A stretch of 64,000 bases of DNA from Candidatus Latescibacterota bacterium (GTDB taxonomy: Bacteria; JAAXHH01), in the NCBI GenBank assembly GCA_022821085.1, contig JAJEEG010000006.1:689330-753329 (forward strand), in the 5' to 3' direction. Shown here piece after piece: positions 58,301 through 64,000 of the stretch; within the stretch, counting starts at the first letter, position 1; each line of letters opens with the position of its first letter. The notes under the pieces were generated by a model that saw only the letters and a program-made list of their open reading frames with translations, was not told the origin of the DNA and ran no database searches. The position numbers and the translations under genes were made by a program.

Positions 58301-59230
58301 CAGGCGGCCGTAGGCGACGGCCCCGCTGACTCCTCCTGCCGGCCCGGAGAGTATGGCCTGCACGGCCTGCCGCGCCGCCACGTCCAATGGCGTTACCCCT
58401 CCGTTGGACGTCATCGTGAGGATGTCGCTCGCGAGGCCCAGGCCTGCCGCCTCCTCCTTCATGAGTTCGAGATACCTGGCGTAGACCGGACCCACATAGG
58501 CGTTTACGGCCGAGGTACTCAGGCGGTCGTATTCCTTGATCTGGGGCAGGATTTCGGAGGAGAGCGAGAGGTACAGTTCCGGGTGCCGCTGCCGGATGCG
58601 TTCGCCGACGAGCCGTTCGTGCGCCGGGTTCAGGTAGGAGAAAACCAGGCAGACGGCGACGGATTCCACGCCGGCCCGCGCGAGTTCGTCCAGTATCTCG
58701 TCAAGTGCCGCATTGTCCACGGGCGTTTCGACGGTGCCGTCGGAGCGGATGCGTTCCTCCAACGTATGCCGCAGTGGCCGCGGAACCAGTGGTTCGACGG
58801 GGGTCATCCTCAGATTGTACCGGTCTTCTTTCAAACCTTCCCTGAGCGCCAGCAGGTCCCGGAATCCTTCGGTCGTAATCAGGCCTACCCGGGCGCCTTT
58901 ACGCTCCAGGAGCGTGTTGGTCGCGACGGTGGTGCCGTGAATGAACAGCCGGGTCCGGGACATCAGCTCGGCCGCGGTGAGGCCGTGGGCATCGGCGATG
59001 TCGCCGAGCCCGTTCATCACCGCGTCGGACGGCGCACGGGGCGTCGACGCCGTCTTGAAGTAACGCGGCGCGGAATCGCCTTCCACGACGACGAAATCCG
59101 TGAACGTCCCGCCGACGTCGATGCCGATGGAGATGGGCGGTTTCGCGGCATCGGGGGTAGCGGCGCCGGGTGTAGTGGCGCCGGGTCTCACGTCGTCCGG
59201 TCTTGCGGCGTCGCTGGCGTGTTCGTTCAT
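55340..59230 (-). CDS. Fused hydantoinase A/B-type ATP-dependent 5-oxoprolinase (HyuA-HyuB)
   Basis: N-terminal HyuA (ISIGIDVGGTFTDFVVV). A roughly 40 aa Ala/Pro/Glu-rich repeat linker (APEAPD x n). C-terminal HyuB. Start preferred at ATG 59230 (GGAGAA RBS) rather than 59266. Confidence 0.85.
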   Translation of the reverse strand: MNEHASDAARPDDVRPGATTPGAATPDAAKPPISIGIDVGGTFTDFVVVEGDSAPRYFKTASTPRAPSDAVMNGLGDIADAHGLTAAELMSRTRLFIHGTTVATNTLLERKGARVGLITTEGFRDLLALREGLKEDRYNLRMTPVEPLVPRPLRHTLEERIRSDGTVETPVDNAALDEILDELARAGVESVAVCLVFSYLNPAHERLVGERIRQRHPELYLSLSSEILPQIKEYDRLSTSAVNAYVGPVYARYLELMKEEAAGLGLASDILTMTSNGGVTPLDVAARQAVQAILSGPAGGVSGAVAYGRLIGASDLIGFDMGGTSTDISVIEAGDPQVSGEHYEGGWKIAVPMIDLHTLGAGGGSIARVDDGGTLHVGPRSAGAEPGPACYGRGGDQPTVTDANLVLGYLDPGNFLGGRNTLFPDQSERAVRGSVADPLGLSTVDAARGILDVVTTAMAEGIRLLTVRRGGDPRHFSLLAFGGAAGLHVGQVARKTGIGKVYLPSAAPVLSAYGMLASDLRYDFAQSFTASLDVVDLDEVRRLTERMAGQGIARLRNQGLAEGDISTRFTADMRYLDQIYEVNVTVPDLAMDDDTIRHTWASLFHERYQTLYSYHQLDQEIRLVTLRATVTGKLPSIDLPVKDWNDTAGEARKGTRRIYTGTWTEASVYAADGLAPGTVIEGPAIVESDFTTVLVEEGDRLEVDPYGGMVLAVTPAAQEAPETPNAMDAPEAPEVPEAPDAPEAPDAPEAVPARSDPVTHSVVAHRLESIAREMADVMIRTSMSQILNSSRDFSTAILDATGQLVAQGEGIPVHISALPPSVEAVREYFGDDIHEGDLFILNDPYFGGSHLPDITAIYPVFRDGVLRFFAVNRAHHSDIGGGTHGGYNPSASELYHEGLRIPPVRLYEAGRPREDLLHMLAVNVRHAENFTGDLHAQIGSVQIAARRLQTLLDDYGADGLMASVEAILDSAERRIRQLIGGWKDGVYFGETLLDDDGFDAESIPIRAKVTVQDDHMTIDLSESSPQVTGFINSAYANTRSLAHVAIMYMAPSDVPKNEGSMRPVKVIAPRGLIVNPNPPAPVCMSTNHCGEEIVEAVFKALAPVAPDAVNAGFSRRLRFAITGRNPRTGNRFIWHFFFGRGGGGASRGYDGWSCVGEVNVAGAIRSPSVEITEERFPFKIVRNDLRPGSGGEGTWRGGLGAVFEMVYEGDEPAKLNMAGDGVVNPPFGLFGGAPGLPHRYKVVSNGRERMLKSKETEVPILPGDRIIALSAGGGGYGPPGSRDPDSRSRDQDSGLV

Positions 59231-59289
59231 TTCAATTCTCCGGCCCGGTCCGTATTGACGCAACACGGTGGAAGGACTATACTGTGTCC

Positions 59290-59877
59290 ATGAATCCGGT
59301 CCGCATTTTCGAACAGAACGAGCAATGGATCAAGAGAAGGCTGGGCTCCGATCCCGGTTATCTCGATCGGCTGTCACGGCAGCAGCATCCCGGGATGCTC
59401 TACATCGGATGCTCGGACAGCCGGGTGATGCCCGAAGCCTTCATGGGCGCCGGTCCGGGCGAGGTCTTCGTCCACCGCAACGTGGGCAACCTGGTTTCCC
59501 CCGGGGACCCGAACACGGGTTCCGCGATCATCTACGGCGTCGAGCATCTGAAAGTCGGGCATATCGTGGTGTGCGGCCACTACGACTGCGGCGCGGTAAA
59601 GGGCGTGCTGCAATCGGAAGACCTCGGCTCGCTCGAGCCCTGGCTACAGAACCTGAGAGGGGTTTTCCGGCGCCATCAGGCGGAACTGGAAGCCCTCCCG
59701 GATGCGACGGCTCGCTGCGACCGCCTGGTCGAACTCAGCGTCCGCGCGCAGTGCGCGAACATCCTTGGGTTCAGCGAAGTGCAGGCGTCGATCAGCAAGA
59801 CCGGCTTGCGGGTGCATGGCTGGGTCTTCGACCTGCGCAGCGGCAGGATCGTGGACCTGAACGTCGGAGGCGGATGA
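59290..59877 (+). CDS. Beta-class carbonic anhydrase
   Basis: Carries CSDSR and HxxCG zinc ligands (YIGCSDSRV, VVCGHYDCGA). The tracked ORF begins 29 codons earlier, but MNPVRIFEQNEQW is the probable start. Confidence 0.85.
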   Translation: MNPVRIFEQNEQWIKRRLGSDPGYLDRLSRQQHPGMLYIGCSDSRVMPEAFMGAGPGEVFVHRNVGNLVSPGDPNTGSAIIYGVEHLKVGHIVVCGHYDCGAVKGVLQSEDLGSLEPWLQNLRGVFRRHQAELEALPDATARCDRLVELSVRAQCANILGFSEVQASISKTGLRVHGWVFDLRSGRIVDLNVGGG

Positions 59878-59942
59878 CGCCGTTCCTTTCGGACACGGAT
59901 TAAGCCGAACGAATGGCGTGCGGGCATCCCGGCCGCAGGTTC

Positions 59943-61640
59943 TCAGGCCGATCCCGCCTGCTTCCGCAATACCTTTCCCGGCAGCGTGCCGGTGTGCTCC
60001 CCCCCGTCTATGACGACCGCGCCGTTTACCAGGACGCTTTCGATGCCCTGCGCGTACTGATGGGGGTTCATGAAGTCGGCCCGGTCGATGACCGTATCCG
60101 GATCGAACACCACGAGATCGGCGACCAGGCCCACGTCGATCCTGCCGCGGTCGGCAAGTCCCAGCCGCCGGGCCGGCAGGCCGGTCATCTTGTGTACGGC
60201 GGTGGGCAGGTCGAACAGGGTCTCTTCGCGGCAGTACTTTCCGAGCACTCTGGGAAAGGTCCCGTAGTACCGGGGATGGGGCGTGGTTTCGCTCAACGGG
60301 CCAGAGACGGCGGCGGCCCCGCCGTCCGAGGCGACCATGACCAGCGGATGGGTCAGCACGGAAGTGATCTCCTCCTCGCTCATGCCGAACCCGACCATGC
60401 CCACGCTCCCGTTCTCCGCGATGAGCAGTTCGCGCACGAACTCGAACGGATCCTGACCGCTTCGCGCGACGATTTCCGATACCCGTCGGCCTATGTAGTC
60501 CTGGTTTTCCGCCCTGCCGACCGAAGTAATCAGGACGGCACTCCAGTCCCCCAGCATGTCGACCTTGTCGACGGCCGCTTGTTTCATGGCGGGCAGGACG
60601 TCCGGTGACTGGAGCCGGCTGACGAAGGCCTCGGCCCCGCCCGCGCGGAAGCGGGTCGGAAACAGGTTCTGCAGCGTCGTCGCGTAGGCGATATAGGGAT
60701 ACCTGTCGAGGGTGATGTCCATCCCCTCCTCGATCGCCTGTTCAATCATGTCGAAGCATACCGCGACCTTGTCCCGGTTCCGCCTGCCGGAAGCCTTGAA
60801 GTGGGCGATCTGGAGCGCGATCTCGGCTTTCCGCGCGGTGCTGATCGCTTCGCTCACGGCTTCCACGAGGAAATCGTCCTCGTTGCGCATGTGGGTCGCG
60901 TAGAAACCGCTGTATCCCGCCGCCACCCGGCCGAGCTCGGCGATTTCATCCTCGCCGGCGAAACTGCCGGGCGTGTATTCGAGCCCGGACGAAAGGCCCC
61001 ACGCCCCTTCCGACATGGCCTGGTCCACGAGGTCCTTCATCGCATCGATCTGGCGCGCGCTGGCCGGCACGTTCTCGTACCCCACGACGTATCCGCGTAT
61101 AGTGCCCTGGCCCGCGAGAGAGATGAAATTGAGCCCGATGCCCTGCTGTTCGAGGGTATCGAAAAGGCCCGTGAAATCCGTCCATTCAATGTCGACGCCG
61201 TAACGCCGTCCGTAGCCGTCCTGCAGCGACCTGAGCCGCGCGTCCGTCAGCGGGGCCAGCGAAGAACCGTCCTGACCGGCCACCTCCGTGGTCACGCCCT
61301 GCCGGATCTTGCTTTCCGCCCTGGGATCGACCAGGAGCGACAGGTCGGTGTGGGAATGGATGTCGATGAATCCAGGGCAGACGATTTTGCCTGAAGCGTC
61401 TATCGTATTCCTGCCGGAACCCTGGACCGGACCGATCTGGACGATCCGGCCTCCCTCGATGGCTATGTCGGCGGCCACGGGAGCGGCGCCCGTCCCGTCG
61501 ATCACCTGTCCCCCCCTGATGATCACGTCGTAGCGCTGGGCGATCGCGCAGCCGTCCAGCATCGTGGACAGCCCGCCGACGGCCGCGCCGGCGCCCGCCA
61601 GTCCGGTTCTCCTGAGAAAGTTGCGTCTGGACCATTCCAT
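59943..61640 (-). CDS. N-acyl-D-amino-acid deacylase (D-aminoacylase) family amidohydrolase with a Tat signal
   Basis: 565 aa product. Twin-arginine signal MEWSRRNFLRRTGLAGAGA. Carries IDIHSHTD and D-aminoacylase insert-domain similarity. Confidence 0.8.
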   Translation of the reverse strand: MEWSRRNFLRRTGLAGAGAAVGGLSTMLDGCAIAQRYDVIIRGGQVIDGTGAAPVAADIAIEGGRIVQIGPVQGSGRNTIDASGKIVCPGFIDIHSHTDLSLLVDPRAESKIRQGVTTEVAGQDGSSLAPLTDARLRSLQDGYGRRYGVDIEWTDFTGLFDTLEQQGIGLNFISLAGQGTIRGYVVGYENVPASARQIDAMKDLVDQAMSEGAWGLSSGLEYTPGSFAGEDEIAELGRVAAGYSGFYATHMRNEDDFLVEAVSEAISTARKAEIALQIAHFKASGRRNRDKVAVCFDMIEQAIEEGMDITLDRYPYIAYATTLQNLFPTRFRAGGAEAFVSRLQSPDVLPAMKQAAVDKVDMLGDWSAVLITSVGRAENQDYIGRRVSEIVARSGQDPFEFVRELLIAENGSVGMVGFGMSEEEITSVLTHPLVMVASDGGAAAVSGPLSETTPHPRYYGTFPRVLGKYCREETLFDLPTAVHKMTGLPARRLGLADRGRIDVGLVADLVVFDPDTVIDRADFMNPHQYAQGIESVLVNGAVVIDGGEHTGTLPGKVLRKQAGSA

Positions 61641-61656
61641 GCTTGTGCTCTTTTCG

Positions 61657-62433
61657 TTAGTTGGTTATCCGGATCTTCAGACCGCGATCGTGAAGATGCT
61701 GCTTGATGGAATCGACCGAATAGCGGCCGTAGTGCAGCATGGAGGCCACCAGGGCCGCGTCGGCCCCTCCTTCCGTAAGGGCGTCGTACAGGTGCTCCGG
61801 CCTGCCGCCGCCGCCGGAGGCGATGACCGGGATGCCCACGTTGTCGGCGATCATCCGCGTGAGTTTCAACTCGTATCCTTCGAGGGTGCCGTCCGCGTCG
61901 ATGGAGTTGACGACGATCTCGCCGGCACCGAGGGCCTCTCCGCGGCGCGCCCATTCGAGGGCGTCCATGCCGGTGGCGCGCCGGCCTCCATGGGTCACGA
62001 TCTCGTAGCCCGACGGCAGGGATCCGGAACCGGCCGCCCTGATGTCCATGGAAAGCACCACGGCCTGGACCCCGAAGGCGTCGGCCGCTTCGGAGATGAC
62101 CCCGGGATTTCCGACGGCCGCCGTGTTCAGATTGATCTTTTCCGCGCCGGCTTCCAGCACCCTGCGGCAGTCGTCGACCGACCGGAGTCCGCCGCCCACC
62201 GAGAAGGGGATGAATACCTGCCGGGCGACCTCCTCAACGACGTCGAGCATGATGCCGCGCTGGTCGCTGGATGCCGTGATGTCGTAGAAGACGAGTTCGT
62301 CCAGGCCGGCTTCGTAATACCGCCGCGCCGCGGAGACCGGATCGCCGATGTCCTTCGTATTGACGAACCGGACGCTCTTGACCAGCCGGCCGTCGCGCAC
62401 GTCCAGGCAGGAAATGAGCCGCTTGCTCAGCAT
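61657..62433 (-). CDS. hisF: Imidazole glycerol phosphate synthase cyclase subunit
   Basis: Begins [21 protein letters not shown]..., typical HisF. Start taken at the internal ATG 62433. Overlaps hisH by 7 nt. Confidence 0.9.
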   Translation of the reverse strand: MLSKRLISCLDVRDGRLVKSVRFVNTKDIGDPVSAARRYYEAGLDELVFYDITASSDQRGIMLDVVEEVARQVFIPFSVGGGLRSVDDCRRVLEAGAEKINLNTAAVGNPGVISEAADAFGVQAVVLSMDIRAAGSGSLPSGYEIVTHGGRRATGMDALEWARRGEALGAGEIVVNSIDADGTLEGYELKLTRMIADNVGIPVIASGGGGRPEHLYDALTEGGADAALVASMLHYGRYSVDSIKQHLHDRGLKIRITN

Positions 62434-63044
62434 GGTTTCCCGTCCCAACGCGCGAATTCTCCCAGGATCTTCAAGCCCACGGGACCGCTTTTCTCCACGT
62501 GAAACTGGGCCGCCACCATATTGCGCCGGCCGATGACGGCCGCGAACTCCACGCCGTACCGGCTCCTTGCCAGCACGTCCCGATCATCGCCGGGGGCGGG
62601 ATAATAAGAGTGTACGAAGTAGACCTCGTCGCCCGGCCGCACGTGGCGGAGCACGGGGTGTGCGCGGTCGACGCGCAGCGCGTTCCACCCCATGTGCGGC
62701 ACTTTCATGGCGTCGTCGTCCGGCCGGAACCGGAGGCACCGGCCGCCGATCAGGTCCAGGCAAGGCAGATCGGTTTCCTCGGAATCTGAAAGCAGGATCT
62801 GGCAGCCGACGCAGATCCCCAGGATCGGCGTCCCCCGGTCGGCAGCCGATATGAGCGCGTCGTCGAGCCCCCGTTTCCGGAGCGTCTCGAGGGCGGAGTG
62901 GGCATGCCCCACCCCGGGAAAGACGATACGCTCCGCCCGGACCAGTTCCTCCGAATCCGACGTGATGACCGAAGCCACGCCCAGGTGATCCAGCGCTCTT
63001 TTGACCGAGGTCTGATTCCCGGCGTCGTAGTCAACGATGTGAAT
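62427..63044 (-). CDS. hisH: Imidazole glycerol phosphate synthase glutamine amidotransferase subunit
   Basis: Begins [11 protein letters not shown]... with catalytic GICVGCQ and HVEKS. Start at internal ATG 63044. The tracked ORF has a 24-codon extension. Confidence 0.9.
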   Translation of the reverse strand: MHIVDYDAGNQTSVKRALDHLGVASVITSDSEELVRAERIVFPGVGHAHSALETLRKRGLDDALISAADRGTPILGICVGCQILLSDSEETDLPCLDLIGGRCLRFRPDDDAMKVPHMGWNALRVDRAHPVLRHVRPGDEVYFVHSYYPAPGDDRDVLARSRYGVEFAAVIGRRNMVAAQFHVEKSGPVGLKILGEFARWDGKPC

Positions 63045-63342
63045 CATTAAAATTGGATCACTTGAACGTTCGTTCTTCGGGGTTGTCAGGAGGGAACGGA
63101 TACGATCCCGGCGCATGCTCGCCGCATGTCCCTAGTAATCCGATTGCGCAGGTTTTGTCAAGGGAAAGATGGCGCCACGGAACTGCCACCGGGACCCTGG
63201 AAGATGATTCGGTCGTTGACATCGCCGGGTGCCGTTTCTATACTGGCCTGATGCTTCTTTAAGACGCCGCAGCCGCGCCGGATTGAAGGCGTAAACAGCG
63301 GACCCATCGCACCGAAATCCTTCCTGCGGAATCGAGACCCGG

Positions 63343-64000
63343 ATGCTCTTCAATGCCGAACGGGCCAGCGCGTACATGCGTGATCGCGGACTCGACGGAC
63401 TAATCGCGACCTCGCCCGTGAATATCACCTATTTCACGGACTACTTCATCTGGATCGACGGGCTCATGAAGGCGTACATGGTCCGGCCCGGCGCATCGGC
63501 GGATCTGTCGCAGGGATACGCCCTGTTTCCCCTCGAGGGCGAGCCCGCGCTGGCGGTGACCGGGGCGATGCTGGCCGTCAACGGTGTCGATCTGTGGGTG
63601 AAGGACCTGCGGATCAGCGGCGATACCGGTCTCGACTGGTCCCTGCCGCCGAGGCCGCTGTCCGACCGGATGGACCGTATTTACCACCTCTTGAAAGACG
63701 CTCCGGACTACTCCACGACCACCCAGGCGCTCGTCGGGGCCCTGAGCGACCGGGGACTCGCCGCGGGCACGCTGGGCGTGGAGGCTGACGGCCTGACCGC
63801 CGACCGCTACCGGCAACTGAAGGAGTCGCTGCCCGATGCCCGGCTGCTGGATTGCTCCAACCTCATCAGGCTGCTTCGCATGGTCAAGACCCGGGACGAG
63901 ATCGACCGGCTCACGCGGGCGGCCGAGATCAGCGAAACGGCGGCCATGACGGCCATGGAACAGGCGAGGCCGGGAGGCAGCGTGCAGGAAGTCGTTCACC
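63343..64000 (+). CDS. M24-family peptidase (creatinase/prolidase N-terminal domain), 5' portion running off window
   Basis: Translation from ATG 63343 gives MLFNAERASAYMRDRGLDGLIATSPVNITYFTDY... and is open to the window end. It is absent from the track because no stop falls in the window. Confidence 0.65.
   Translation, partial: MLFNAERASAYMRDRGLDGLIATSPVNITYFTDYFIWIDGLMKAYMVRPGASADLSQGYALFPLEGEPALAVTGAMLAVNGVDLWVKDLRISGDTGLDWSLPPRPLSDRMDRIYHLLKDAPDYSTTTQALVGALSDRGLAAGTLGVEADGLTADRYRQLKESLPDARLLDCSNLIRLLRMVKTRDEIDRLTRAAEISETAAMTAMEQARPGGSVQEVVH

Noticed and set aside
59203-59289. N-terminal 29-codon extension of the beta-carbonic anhydrase ORF
   Set aside because: The extension is Arg/Trp-rich and would overlap the divergent oxoprolinase start. 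Conserved CA sequence begins at MNPVRIF.

Overview
This 64 kb window is a high-GC (about 65-68%) bacterial chromosome segment with dense coding on both strands. It is probably a Gram-negative-type organism, because it carries a TonB-dependent receptor, lipoprotein signal peptides, sigma-54 components and a CIRCE element.

The left third is housekeeping. It holds uppS-frr-tsf-rpsB (no pyrH), rpsI-rplM, and an MtnA-like isomerase translationally coupled to a PfkB kinase. It continues with rsfS, folB-folK, an aminotransferase, a stand-alone groEL with a CIRCE operator, birA, nadC, nnr, and a CCA/poly(A)-type nucleotidyltransferase.

The most unusual locus is at about 18.4-25.0 kb. It carries hisA, a response-regulator receiver domain fused to glutamate dehydrogenase, a multi-TM hybrid histidine kinase (HisKA-HATPase-REC-REC-HPt) and an M20 deacylase, all apparently in one operon. 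It is flanked by an RCK K+ channel, an M20 dipeptidase and a GltP-type glutamate symporter.

The rest of the window holds TPP-dependent E1 alpha/beta next to a ThiT-like thiamine ECF S-component, a methylmalonyl-CoA-mutase catalytic-domain protein, and a Cys/Met PLP enzyme. A low-GC MarR islet abuts a tRNA-Gln. Further along are a family-5 SBP with a histidine kinase and an NtrC-type regulator, GT2, a TonB receptor with a sigma-54-like promoter, RNase R, ahcY, NRAMP, a fused HyuA/HyuB 5-oxoprolinase, beta-carbonic anhydrase, D-aminoacylase, and hisF-hisH.

Short tandem repeats are frequent, both in-frame inside coding regions and in intergenic regions. No rRNA, CRISPR array, transposase or integrase was seen.
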